Assembly (NCBI GenBank): GCA_943787795.1
Contig: CALSNU010000001.1
Span: 1,216,001-1,280,000, forward strand
DNA: 64,000 nucleotides
Direction of reading: 5' to 3'
DNA from: an uncultured bacterium
GTDB taxonomy: Bacteria; Planctomycetota; UBA1135; GCA-002686595
The notes under the pieces are model-generated. The model worked only from the letters and a program-made list of their open reading frames with translations. It made no database searches and was not told the DNA's origin. This document shows positions 39,778 through 49,707 of this stretch, piece by piece (position 1 is the first letter of the stretch; the number at the start of each line of letters is the position of its first letter). A program made the translations under genes and the position numbers.

Positions 39778-41883
39778 ATGCCTGACTCGCCTCGAAACTG
39801 CCCCCGTACCGGAGCCCGATCGACCTCATGCCTGGCGGCAGTCTCGCTGGTCTTCCTGGCGGCCGCATGCTCATCGGGAGGGGGAGAGGTGCCGGTGGCG
39901 CCGGTGGAGGCGGATACCAGCCCGTTCCCCAAGCTGGAGCAAGGGCTGAATCTCCGTCCGGTGACACGGGTGAATCAGGCGGCGCTGACGCTCGAGGGCA
40001 TCAACGGCGGCGTCTTCGACCTGACGGGGGTCGAGCTTCGCGGTCAAGATGCCGGCGCACGGATCGACACGGCGCTCGGCTACGGCATCCGGATCCGGCG
40101 CTGCAATGGAATCACGATCCGTGGCGGGTTGGTCGGAGGATACAAGGGCTGCATCGTGATCGAGGACTCGAGCGATGTGACCGTCGAGGGGGTGCGCTTT
40201 GACGGCTGGTACGCGCAGCGGTTGAAGTCGACGGAGTTCGCCGAGGACTCATCGGACTGGCTCGCCCCGCATGAAAACGACCAGGGGGAGTGGCTCCAGA
40301 ACTACGGGGCCGCGATCTCGGCCACGAACTGCCGGGGGCTGGAGATTCGCGGCTGCCGCGGGCGGCGTGGCCAGAACGGCATCCTGCTCACGCGTAGCGA
40401 CGAGTGCCAGGTGTACGACAACGACTTCTCCTTCCTCTCCGGGTGGGGGCTCGGGATGTACCGCTCTTCGGAGAGCGTCGTCTCGCACAACATCTTCGAC
40501 TACTGCGTGCGCGGTTACAGCCACGGTTCGTACTGGCGCGGGCAAGACTCCGCCGGGATCCTCATGTTCGAGGGTTGCTCGAGGAACCTCGTCGTCCGGA
40601 ACAGCGCCACCCACTGCGGCGACGGCCTCTTCGTGTACGCCGGGCAGGACCTGGTCCAGGACGCGTCCGCCACAGCTACGGGCTGCGACCAGAACACCTT
40701 CGCCGAGAACGACCTGCGCTTCGCGGTGGCCAACTCGGTGGAGATCACCTTCAGCGACCAGAACGCGGTGCTGCGGAACGATCTGCGGGGCGCCCACCAG
40801 CACGGCGTCTGGGGCGGGTACTCCTCGCGCATGATCATCCTCGGGAACCGTATCGACGAGGTGATCGGTGGCGGCGTCACCATCGAGCACGGTCAGAACT
40901 GCCTCATCGCAGACAACTCGATCGCGCGCAATGAGATCGGGATCGAGCTCTACTGGGATGAGGACCCCGAGTTCGTGCGCGGCCCCTATGCGAAGATCCG
41001 TGACGTTCGCTCCCGGGATCACTTCGTGCTGGAGAACAAGTTCTCGGGCAACGTCGTGGACCTGGCCCTGCGGCGCTCGACGGGGCTCACCTTCCACGCG
41101 AATGAGTATGTACCGGGAACCCGTGCGCCGTACATCGCTGACCTGAGGTGCGAGGGGGACGCGAGCTTCGAGCAGGACACCGTGAAGCGCTGGCTGGACG
41201 CTCCGCTGGGGGCGATCCCCTCGGGGAACGTGAGTGATGTGAGCATGCGGCCCTGGGTCGGGGTTCCGCCGGCGATGCTGGCGGTCTGGAGGGGCTATCG
41301 CCTGCCGGATGTCCCGGGTTCGCAGGTGGTCCGCGCCGAGGACAGGGACGAGTTCCGCGGCGGTCTGGAGACGATCGTCCTCGGCGAGTGGGGCCCCTGG
41401 GACTTCCGCTCCGGGACCAAGCGCCCGCCGCGGCAGAAGCCCGGCGGCGTCCTCGCGGACTGCCTCTGGGACGCTGAGTGGTTCCAGTGGGACCTGGAGA
41501 GCAGCGACCCTCGGACCCTGGAGGGCGCCTGGCGTCAGCGCGCCATGAGGCCGGAGGTCACCGCGCGGGTGTCCACGTTCACCGACCCCTGGTCCAGCAA
41601 GGAGGTGCGCCGTGTGATCGGGACCGAGTTCTTCGGGCTCATCGCGAGCACGACCTTTCAATGCGACCGGAGCGACAAGGCGAGCTACGCCCTCACGGTG
41701 AACTCGGACGACGGCGTGAGGGTCCTTGTCGACGGCGAGCCGGTCCTCGAAGACTGGACGCTCCACGCGCCGCGGCGCGAGGAGCAGGTCCTCGAGTTGG
41801 AGCCAGGCGAGCACACCCTCCGCATCGAGTACTTCCAGATCCAGGGAGCCGCCGCGCTCTCGGTCGATCTGTCGGCTCGCTGA
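39778..41883 (+). CDS. Lipoprotein with right-handed beta-helix repeats and C-terminal PA14 domain
   Basis: Lipobox-like LAAAC and Asn-ladder repeats (NGILL, DNDFSF, HNIFDY, ENDLRF). The C-terminal SDDGVRVLVDG..VLEDW..H...GEHTLRIEYFQ is PA14-like. Confidence 0.85.
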   Translation: MPDSPRNCPRTGARSTSCLAAVSLVFLAAACSSGGGEVPVAPVEADTSPFPKLEQGLNLRPVTRVNQAALTLEGINGGVFDLTGVELRGQDAGARIDTALGYGIRIRRCNGITIRGGLVGGYKGCIVIEDSSDVTVEGVRFDGWYAQRLKSTEFAEDSSDWLAPHENDQGEWLQNYGAAISATNCRGLEIRGCRGRRGQNGILLTRSDECQVYDNDFSFLSGWGLGMYRSSESVVSHNIFDYCVRGYSHGSYWRGQDSAGILMFEGCSRNLVVRNSATHCGDGLFVYAGQDLVQDASATATGCDQNTFAENDLRFAVANSVEITFSDQNAVLRNDLRGAHQHGVWGGYSSRMIILGNRIDEVIGGGVTIEHGQNCLIADNSIARNEIGIELYWDEDPEFVRGPYAKIRDVRSRDHFVLENKFSGNVVDLALRRSTGLTFHANEYVPGTRAPYIADLRCEGDASFEQDTVKRWLDAPLGAIPSGNVSDVSMRPWVGVPPAMLAVWRGYRLPDVPGSQVVRAEDRDEFRGGLETIVLGEWGPWDFRSGTKRPPRQKPGGVLADCLWDAEWFQWDLESSDPRTLEGAWRQRAMRPEVTARVSTFTDPWSSKEVRRVIGTEFFGLIASTTFQCDRSDKASYALTVNSDDGVRVLVDGEPVLEDWTLHAPRREEQVLELEPGEHTLRIEYFQIQGAAALSVDLSAR

Positions 41884-42004
41884 AGTGACCGTCCCGGGGC
41901 TGGGCCGAGAGGCCTACCCGAACCCGATAGCCACACCCTCCGGGGACGGAGATCCACACCCGCTCGGCGCTGCCTGGGCGGATCTCGGGGGCTCTGGAGA
42001 GGCC

Positions 42005-42082
42005 ATCGCGGGGACGACACCTCGCGAGGGCGGCACTGCGCGGGGGCCGGCCCTGCGCGGGGGGCGACACTGCGCGGGGGCG
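42005..42082. repeat. Degenerate 16-17 bp tandem repeat (~4-5 copies) between convergent genes
   Basis: Units resembling CG(A/G)CACTGCGCGGGGG. Confidence 0.5.
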
Positions 42083-42235
42083 GGATCGACCCGATGGGGC
42101 TCGGCCGCCTGAAGGAGGAGGACAGACTCACAAACGCGAACGGTCTGTGCCGCCCCTTGCTCGGGGCCGTCAGCGTGCGGAGTCGTCAGGGCGCGCACGG
42201 AGGCAGAGCACGGAGGGGGGCAGAGCGCGGAGGGA

Positions 42236-43621
42236 TCAGTCGTCGAGGTGGAAGGCGTCCGCATAGCGGGTCTCCATCATCCCTCGGAAGTCCCGGCGCG
42301 TGGAGAGCGACTGGAGCTCCTTGAGGGAGATCGGAGCGTCCTCGAGGTACTGCTTGGCCTCTCGGTACTTCTTCTGCCGCGCGAGGGTCTGCGCGATCCC
42401 GATGAAGAGCTCCTTGTTCCTGTTTCTCGACGAGCCCTTTGAGGCCTCGATGGCGCGCCTCCATTCCTTGACCGAAGCGCTGTAGTCGCCGATGTCGTGC
42501 AGCAGTTGTGCGCGCTCGGTCGCCTTCTGCACGATGAAGTAGGGCAGCTGTTCATCGGGCTCACCGATCTGCTCGAGCAGAGCCTTGCGCGCGCCCCGGT
42601 CCTTCATCCGTGCCAGCAGCATCAGTGCCGCCGTGCGCACGTCGGAGCGGGCGAAGTTGGTGTAGTCGTCGATCTTCCGCTTGACCCGGGTCCCAACCTT
42701 GGCGTCGGTGGACCTGAGCAGATCAAACAGCTCCACGCGTGCCTCCGAGGAGGTCTCGGGGTCGACGGCGACGCCACCGAGCGCGCGAGAGTGATCGAGC
42801 TCGTCCATCAGCTCGCTATTGCGGTCGTAGAAGGCTGCGAGCTCCGGGGCGAGGCCGGGGGCAGCCGGGGTCGAGAGGAGCTGGAGGACGACGCCGGCCG
42901 AGGTCTCCACGGGCGCGGCGCTCAGGCCAGCGAGGGCTGCGGCGGCCACGGCAGGGTTGCTGTCGGAGACCTTGCCCTTGATGAACTCGATGCCCTCCTG
43001 GGTGCCCAGGGTGGCGAGGGTCAGGAAGGCCGCCTCCTGAACGGCGGCGCCGAGCTCCGCGGACGCTCCGATGCTCCCGCCGCCCGCGGCAATGCGCTGG
43101 AGGGGTCGCGTCACTCGACGGGGCTCGGGCGTCCCGGCCAGGGCGGTCAAGGCGTTGATTCGGGCGAGCGGGGTCCCCTCCCGAGCCATGCGCAGGAGCT
43201 CGTCGGTGACGGCCGCGCTGGAGAGGTCGGCCACGACCTCGGCGATGAGCTCGGCCCGGAAGATCGACGCCCTCCTGGGCTTCTCTCCGGGCTCCAGATA
43301 GCGAAGCATGAGCGGCGCGGCGTCGCCGCCGAGCTCTCGTAGCGCTCGCTGGCGGGCTACGGTTCGAGAAGACCTCGTGGGGATCTTGAGTCCGTCGAGC
43401 TCGTCCGCCAGGCGGGCGACCTCTGGCTTGAGTGCGTCCAGACTCCGCGCCCGCGCCTCCTCGGCCTGCCTCAGGAGCTCCTCGAGGCTCTGGCGGCCCT
43501 CCTGAGCGCTGGTCAGGGGGGCCGAGGGACCGACGACCTTGGCTGGGGAGACGGGCGTCGCCGGGAGGGCCGGGGCGGCCAGGAACACGGCGAGCAGGGC
43601 GGAGCTGGGGCGGATGTGCAT
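42236..43621 (-). CDS. Exported HEAT/TPR-repeat protein
   Basis: Signal peptide MHIRPSSALLAVFLAAPALPA, helical repeats and a TPR-like C-terminal ERAQLLHDIGDY...IAQTLARQKKY. Confidence 0.75.
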   Translation of the reverse strand: MHIRPSSALLAVFLAAPALPATPVSPAKVVGPSAPLTSAQEGRQSLEELLRQAEEARARSLDALKPEVARLADELDGLKIPTRSSRTVARQRALRELGGDAAPLMLRYLEPGEKPRRASIFRAELIAEVVADLSSAAVTDELLRMAREGTPLARINALTALAGTPEPRRVTRPLQRIAAGGGSIGASAELGAAVQEAAFLTLATLGTQEGIEFIKGKVSDSNPAVAAAALAGLSAAPVETSAGVVLQLLSTPAAPGLAPELAAFYDRNSELMDELDHSRALGGVAVDPETSSEARVELFDLLRSTDAKVGTRVKRKIDDYTNFARSDVRTAALMLLARMKDRGARKALLEQIGEPDEQLPYFIVQKATERAQLLHDIGDYSASVKEWRRAIEASKGSSRNRNKELFIGIAQTLARQKKYREAKQYLEDAPISLKELQSLSTRRDFRGMMETRYADAFHLDD

Positions 43622-43988
43622 GGGCAGGATCGGCGCCCGGGAATGCGGCGCCGTCGCGTCCAGAGTACCTCCGGAGGCTCCTGGGGTCACCGGTTGTGGA
43701 GAGAGCCCGGTGCGGTCTTGCGACCCATAGGGGCCAGGATCACATCTGGGCCGCTGGCTTCATGGCGCCGAGCCGAGGTTCCTGGCGCCATCGCCGTGGG
43801 GGAATCCGCGCTGCTGCCGCCCTCTGGACCGGGACTCGGCGGTGTCCCATAGATGGACCGGAGCTGGTCGAGGTGTCGGAAGACCCAGGCTTGCATGATG
43901 GTTTCGGAGCGTTCGCCCCTCACTTCTCCCCATCGGCAGGGGTGCCCCCGTGCCTTGCCCGCTCCCTCTGGATAACCTCTCGCCTCCC

Positions 43989-45896
43989 ATGTCCCACGCG
44001 CCGCCCGAGCCCAGCCCCTCCCGGCACCCGTTCCCTGCACCGGATCCCTCGCTCCCGCGGGACGCGGATGTGGTGGTGGTGGGGGGCGGACACGCCGGCG
44101 TCGAGGCCGCCCTCGCCGCCGCGAGGCTCGGGGCGGAGGTTCGCCTCGTGAGCTTCGACCTCGAGAAGGTGGGGGAGATGAGCTGCAACCCGGCCATCGG
44201 AGGGCTCGGCAAGGGGCAGATGGTCCGGGAGATCGACGCCTTGGGCGGCGCCATGGGGCAGGTCGCAGACGCCACGGGGATCCAATTCCGGATGCTCAAC
44301 ACGGCCAAGGGCGCCGCCGTACAGGCCCCTCGCTGCCAGTCAGACCGCCACCGCTATCGGGAGGAGGCGACCCGCTGGGTGGCAGAGGCTGACGGCGTCC
44401 AGCTCGTGGAGGGCGCGGTCACGGGCCTCATCCTCGAGGAGATCGGCGGCGTGCTCGGCGTGCGGGGGGTCCGGCTCGAGGACGGCGTGGAGCTGCGGGC
44501 GCACGCGACCATCCTGACCACGGGCACCTTCCTCCGGGCCATCATGCACACGGGCGAGCGCAAGGCCAGCGGCGGCCGCGTCGGGGAGCGCAGCGCGGAC
44601 GGCCTCTCCGGGGACGTCGAGCGGCTTGGCCTCCGCCTGGGGCGCCTCAAGACCGGAACGCCACCGCGGATCGACCGTCGCACGGTGGACTTCAGTGTCA
44701 TGGAGGCGCAGCCAGGGGACGCTCTCAGGCGGCCCTTTTCGTTCCTCACGGATCCTGAGGCCTTCCCCACGCTGCCGCAGGTGGACTGCCACATCACGTT
44801 CACGAACGAGCGTACGCACCGCATCATCGCGGACAACGTGCACCGAGCGCCGATGTACAACGGCTCCATCGGGGGCGTGGGCCCGAGGTACTGCCCCGCG
44901 GTCGAGGACAAGATCATGCGCTTCCCCGACCGGGGGCGGCACCAGATCTTCGTCGAGCCAGAGGGGCTGGACACCGACGTGCTCTACATCAACGGGCTCT
45001 CCACGTCCCTCCCCGCGGAGGTACAGGAGGACTTCCTGCGCACGGTCCCCGGTCTCGAGCGTGCGAAGTTCCTCAGGCACGGCTATGCGGTCGAATACGA
45101 CTTCGTCCAGCCCAGCCAGCTGGCGGATTCGCTCCAGCTTCAGGAGGTCCCCGGCCTCTTCCTCGCGGGTCAGATCAACGGCACCTCTGGCTACGAGGAG
45201 GCCGCGGGGCAGGGGCTGATCGCGGGGGCCAACGCCGCGCTCTGGATTCAGGACCGTGCGCCCTTCGTCCTCCACAGGCACGAGGCCTACCTCGGCGTGA
45301 TGGTGGACGACCTGGTGATCACCAACCCCAAGGAGCCCTACCGGATGTTCTCCAGCCGGGCCGAGTATCGGTTGCTCCTGCGGCATGACAACGCAGATCG
45401 GCGCCTCGTGGCTCGTGCGGCGGAGGTCGGCCTCGTGGGAAAGGAGCGCGCGGAGTGCGTCTCGGCCAAGGAGCGCGCCATCGAGTCTGTGATCCGGACG
45501 CTCGGGCGCGCGCGCGACCCGGAGAACAAGCCCTGGCTCGAGGTGCTGCGCCGGCCTGAGGAGAGCTTCGATTCGGTGGCCGCGGCGGCCGGCATCCCCG
45601 AGCTGGACGGCCTCTCGGTCGAATGCCGCGAGGCGGTCGAGATTGACATCAAGTACGAGGGCTATATCGCTCGCCAGGCTGGCGATGTGGCTCGGATGTC
45701 GCGGCAAGAGTCCACGGAGATCCCAAGGGACCTCGACTACAGCCAGCTGGACGGCCTCGGGAACGAGGCGCGGGAGAAGCTCCTGGACCTGCGTCCGCGG
45801 ACGCTCGGCGCTGCGAGCCGGATCGAGGGGATCCGGCCGCCGGACGTGGCGCTGATCGGGATCCACGTGGCGCGGCTGCGAGCCTCCTCTCGCTGA
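43989..45896 (+). CDS. mnmG: tRNA U34 carboxymethylaminomethyl modification enzyme MnmG (GidA)
   Basis: VVGGGHAGVEAA, MSCNPAIGG, RLKTGTPPR, GPRYCP, GYAVEYD, AGQINGTSGYEEAAGQG, EPYRMFSSRAEYRL. Confidence 0.98.
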   Translation: MSHAPPEPSPSRHPFPAPDPSLPRDADVVVVGGGHAGVEAALAAARLGAEVRLVSFDLEKVGEMSCNPAIGGLGKGQMVREIDALGGAMGQVADATGIQFRMLNTAKGAAVQAPRCQSDRHRYREEATRWVAEADGVQLVEGAVTGLILEEIGGVLGVRGVRLEDGVELRAHATILTTGTFLRAIMHTGERKASGGRVGERSADGLSGDVERLGLRLGRLKTGTPPRIDRRTVDFSVMEAQPGDALRRPFSFLTDPEAFPTLPQVDCHITFTNERTHRIIADNVHRAPMYNGSIGGVGPRYCPAVEDKIMRFPDRGRHQIFVEPEGLDTDVLYINGLSTSLPAEVQEDFLRTVPGLERAKFLRHGYAVEYDFVQPSQLADSLQLQEVPGLFLAGQINGTSGYEEAAGQGLIAGANAALWIQDRAPFVLHRHEAYLGVMVDDLVITNPKEPYRMFSSRAEYRLLLRHDNADRRLVARAAEVGLVGKERAECVSAKERAIESVIRTLGRARDPENKPWLEVLRRPEESFDSVAAAAGIPELDGLSVECREAVEIDIKYEGYIARQAGDVARMSRQESTEIPRDLDYSQLDGLGNEAREKLLDLRPRTLGAASRIEGIRPPDVALIGIHVARLRASSR

Positions 45897-46037
45897 CCCT
45901 GCGGCTTGCGGCGCAGCGGCCGGACGTTCACCTGTCGAGCTCCAGGCTTTCCGGGCGCTCCGTGTGGGCTCCTATCCTCCAGAACCCAGGTCCAGCCTTG
46001 TCCCTGACAGTGGAGCGGAGGCGGCCGGAGCAGCGAT

Positions 46038-46080
46038 CAAAGAATGCGCCCCGCGCCGACAGGGAGTCGGCGCGGGGCGC
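46038..46080 (-). terminator. Intrinsic terminator of the 46101 gene
   Basis: 15-bp perfect stem GCGCCCCGCGCCGAC/GTCGGCGCGGGGCGC, followed on the minus strand by ATTCTTTG. Confidence 0.75.
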
Positions 46081-46100
46081 GTCTAGGCGACCGTCTCAGA

Positions 46101-48254
46101 TCACTGGAACAGGATCTCGACGGCGTTCGTGAAGGTCGCCGTGGCGGTCCCTCCGATCGTGTCGCGGTTGATGGCCTGGAAGTTCCAGGTGTCACCGGCC
46201 ATCACCTGCACGGCCCCGCTGGGCTGGGGCAGGTTGAGCGACGTGGTGACCGACATCGATCCCGTCGCTCCGGAGTTGAGGATGCCGCCGCCGACGCCGC
46301 GACCAACGTCACCGCCGATGCAGACGAAGCCGCCGAAGGCCGGAAGCATCGCCTGCGTCTGACCGCAGATGAAGTAGCCGAAGGAGTCCGCCGGCAGGTT
46401 CGTCGCCGTGAGGGTGATGCAGTCATCACCCGCCACGTCGCTACCCGACGCAGAGAGCGTGCTGATGCCACCGGTGGAGTTCAGGGGCTGGGGGCAGTAC
46501 TCGTTGCCGATGGTCAGCTGACGCATGATCCAGCCGTTCCAGATCCGCGGCGAGAAGAGCCCCGCACCGAAGGCGCTCGGGTTCGACTCCCCAAGGCTGA
46601 GCGAGATGACGCCGTCGGGCGACGTCGTCGTCTCGTTCGTGCCGTTACCGTTCGTGTACACGACACCCGTGGTGACGAACTCGATGGCGATACCGGTGAA
46701 GCCAGCGGCGAAGGTCATCGGCGCGTCAGGCACCAGAACCGTTGCCACACCGGGCGCGTTCGCGATACCGCTGGCGGTACCGAGCAGCGTCCATCCAGCC
46801 GGGTCGTTCTGGTTGCCAGTACGGCCGGCCGGGTTCGTGTAGACGTTGACCAGCACGGGGTCCCCGACGTTGGTGAACTGGACGTTGGCCCCGAGGGTTG
46901 CCACGGGGCAGTCCTGGGTGAACGTCCCGTCGAAGTAGACGGTTCCGCCCACGTTGAGGCCGTTGCCGCCTTCGAAGGTGGTGATGGCGGTGGCATCGAA
47001 GTTGAGGCCCGTGTTGTCGATGTCGACCAGGACCGTGCCCGTGCTGCCGTTGAAGCCGCCCACGCGGAAGGTGTAGGTCTCGCCAGCGATGCCACAGTAA
47101 GTGACGCCGCTCTGGAGACCGCAGAAGTCATCGTTGCACTCCAGAAGGTTCAGCGCGCCGCAGTCGCCCGAGAAGAGCTCCATGGCGGTGTCGTAGTCAC
47201 TGCCGCAGAGGGAGATCGTGAAGTTTCCGTTAACGGCGGGCGTGTACGTGAACCAGACGTCCGGGGCACCGCCGCCACCGCAGGCGAAGGGGTCCACCAG
47301 CGAGGCACCACCGGTGAGGAACGGGCCGCTGGTGCCTTCGGCGAGAGCGATGGCGTCACTGCATTCGTCGTTGGGCGGGGTCGGGTCGGGGGCGGAGATC
47401 GTGAGATCGAAGGCGCCTTGATCACCGGCACCCCAGCCCTCGACCTGGATCAGGTAGGAGGTTCCCGCAGTGAGGAAGGGGCTGATGCGGGACGCATAGT
47501 TGTTGGTTCCGAAGGACAGCTCGCACGCGTCGTCGTTGCCTTCGAGGCAGGTCAGCGACGCGCAATCGGGGCCCTCAAAGAGTCGAAGGACGGTGTCGAA
47601 GTCTGACCCGCAGGTCTCGAACGTGGTGTTGCCCGAGGCCGCGGCCGTGTAGACGAACCAGATATCTCCATCGCCGTCCTGGCTGGCGCAGCTCCCGTCG
47701 TAGAAGCCGGAGTCGGTGTAGCCGGTCGTGTCGAACGGCGTGATCCCATCGGCGACAGCGATCGCGTCGCTGCAGTCTTCGCCGAGGGACTGGCTGATGT
47801 CGAGGATGCCGACGCCTTGCTGTCCGGAGCCCCAGCCCTCAACGTGAATGAAGTACTGCTGACCGACGACCACGGGAACCTGGACCTCGGAGGCAAAGTT
47901 CGAGCCCGTGGAGGTCTGGCAGGCGTCGTCGTTTCCTGCGAGGCAGGTGAGCGTCGCGCAGTCGGGGCCTTCGAGGACACGGAGGACGGTGTCGAAGTCG
48001 GACCCGCAGGTGTTCACCGTGGCGATACCCGTCTGGGCGGCGGTGTAGACAAACCAGATGTCCTCGAAGCCGTCGCGGCTTTCGCAGGACGGGTCGTGGA
48101 AGCCCGAGTTCGTGTTGCCGGTCGAGTCGAAGGCGTTCGCACCGAGACCGACGACGAGCGCATCGGCGCAAGTGTCGCCATTGAGGCCGACGCCGGGCGC
48201 AGCGGCCGCGGTTGCGGCCAGGCTAAAGGAGAGCGCAATTGAGGTGAGTGTCAT
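46101..48254 (-). CDS. Large secreted protein: three tandem Cys-containing beta-sandwich repeats plus shared C-terminal domain
   Basis: Signal peptide, then 3x (DxCxDA...D(I/V)WFxYT...CGSDFDT...CxxLxCLxxNDDxC). C-terminal YC...FGYFICG...VCIGGDVGR...WNFQAINRD...FTNAVEILF. Confidence 0.85.
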   Translation of the reverse strand: MTLTSIALSFSLAATAAAAPGVGLNGDTCADALVVGLGANAFDSTGNTNSGFHDPSCESRDGFEDIWFVYTAAQTGIATVNTCGSDFDTVLRVLEGPDCATLTCLAGNDDACQTSTGSNFASEVQVPVVVGQQYFIHVEGWGSGQQGVGILDISQSLGEDCSDAIAVADGITPFDTTGYTDSGFYDGSCASQDGDGDIWFVYTAAASGNTTFETCGSDFDTVLRLFEGPDCASLTCLEGNDDACELSFGTNNYASRISPFLTAGTSYLIQVEGWGAGDQGAFDLTISAPDPTPPNDECSDAIALAEGTSGPFLTGGASLVDPFACGGGGAPDVWFTYTPAVNGNFTISLCGSDYDTAMELFSGDCGALNLLECNDDFCGLQSGVTYCGIAGETYTFRVGGFNGSTGTVLVDIDNTGLNFDATAITTFEGGNGLNVGGTVYFDGTFTQDCPVATLGANVQFTNVGDPVLVNVYTNPAGRTGNQNDPAGWTLLGTASGIANAPGVATVLVPDAPMTFAAGFTGIAIEFVTTGVVYTNGNGTNETTTSPDGVISLSLGESNPSAFGAGLFSPRIWNGWIMRQLTIGNEYCPQPLNSTGGISTLSASGSDVAGDDCITLTATNLPADSFGYFICGQTQAMLPAFGGFVCIGGDVGRGVGGGILNSGATGSMSVTTSLNLPQPSGAVQVMAGDTWNFQAINRDTIGGTATATFTNAVEILFQ

Positions 48255-48774
48255 AGCGGGGAAAGGAAGATGAACGGAAGGCAGTGAACGGCCCCACAAA
48301 GGCGCCGCCTTACTCCCGAAAGCAGGAGTGCCTATTGAGGGTATCACTTAAAATTCCGATTCGGATGGCTTCAGTCTGATGCCGAGCGTCGCGGACGGTC
48401 TTGATCTGAGAATCTCCAGCTGTGGGCCTGGATCAGCCGCGTCTATCGAGCCGCGCAGGGGAATCGAGGCCACTGCCCAGTGACCTCGCTGCATGGTCCC
48501 ATTCTGGGGGCATTTTCTAGTTTCTCTTGGGGGGCTCGTTCAGCCGCTCCGGGACTGCGAGAGTCCGATGCCAGAGTTCGGGAAGGGCCGTTGGTCTGCG
48601 GCCCTGTGCGCGACGCAGCGCCCAGGAGCGTCGCCCGGGACTTCGCGGCAGCTCGCCTTGGTTCGCTGCAGGGGTCGCGAAAGGGATCGCCACGAGCACC
48701 ACAGGGGTGCCAAGAGGGGTCGACGCCCTGGGGAGCCAGGGAGCGCCTGCCGAGCGACGAGCCCGTACGCCCCT

Positions 48775-49602
48775 CTAGCCGTCGCGCTCGGACATCGGCT
48801 TGGGCCCGGCGGCCGACGCGGCGGCCGACGCGGCGGCCGACGCGGGCTTGGCGGGGGCCTCGAAGGCCTCCACGGAGTCGGCCTTCATCGTGTACACGCC
48901 CGTGGCGAAGCCGAACTCGTCCTCGAGCCGACCCACCACCAGCTCGCCGCGTACCACGACCGGGACATAGGGGAACAGCTTCGCTACAGCGTCGCCCCGC
49001 ATCTCGACGTACACCCACTCGTCGGGGCGCGGCATCCCTCCGAAGCAGCACGACATGAGGTCCCTGACCAGCATGAAGATGACGATGTCGTCGCTCTTCG
49101 GCTTGTACTCCAGAGGGATCATGTAGCCGACCATCGCCCGCTCGTTCCCCGCCTTCGCCTTCACGGGCTCTGGGAACTCGAAGGAGCGCGCCCGATCGGT
49201 CTCGGGCTTGTAGAGATAGTCCAGGAGTGCGTCGAGGTCCACGCTCACCAGGGAGAGGTCTCCAAAGGTGACCAGGCCGTCAATGGCTCCCGCGGCGACT
49301 TGACCGGGGTCGGCGAGCAGCTCCTTGGCGAGGTTCGGGTTGATGGCGCCGACCTCCATGCTGCCGCTGGGGCTCCCGCCTGGCGCGGCGAGGGTTCCCT
49401 CGATCACCTCCGCGGTGGAGGGTGCCCCGTTGGAGGGGGCCTCGCCGTCGTCGAGGAAGGACCGACCCCGCACCTCGCCGGACTCTGCGTCGTCCACCAC
49501 GTAGATCTTCGTGCCGCCGTTCACCTTCTCGGGTGAACCGCATCCGCAGGCGGAGGTCATCGCGATGGCGGCGAGGAGGCTGAGCTTGATGGAGTGACGC
49601 AT
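48775..49602 (-). CDS. DUF3299-like lipoprotein
   Basis: Lipoprotein-like leader (TSACGC). C-terminal GYMIPLE...FMLVRDLMSCCFGGMPRPDEWVYV...VVVRGEL...GVY. Confidence 0.75.
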   Translation of the reverse strand: MRHSIKLSLLAAIAMTSACGCGSPEKVNGGTKIYVVDDAESGEVRGRSFLDDGEAPSNGAPSTAEVIEGTLAAPGGSPSGSMEVGAINPNLAKELLADPGQVAAGAIDGLVTFGDLSLVSVDLDALLDYLYKPETDRARSFEFPEPVKAKAGNERAMVGYMIPLEYKPKSDDIVIFMLVRDLMSCCFGGMPRPDEWVYVEMRGDAVAKLFPYVPVVVRGELVVGRLEDEFGFATGVYTMKADSVEAFEAPAKPASAAASAAASAAGPKPMSERDG

Positions 49603-49707
49603 GGCTTTGTGGTCAAGGGCCGCTGGGGGATACGGCGCCCTGCCCTGAGAGTTTGGGCCTCTATCGCAGGGTGTGCGAGCGCGGACTCGGTGAGATTCGT
49701 GTGATGG

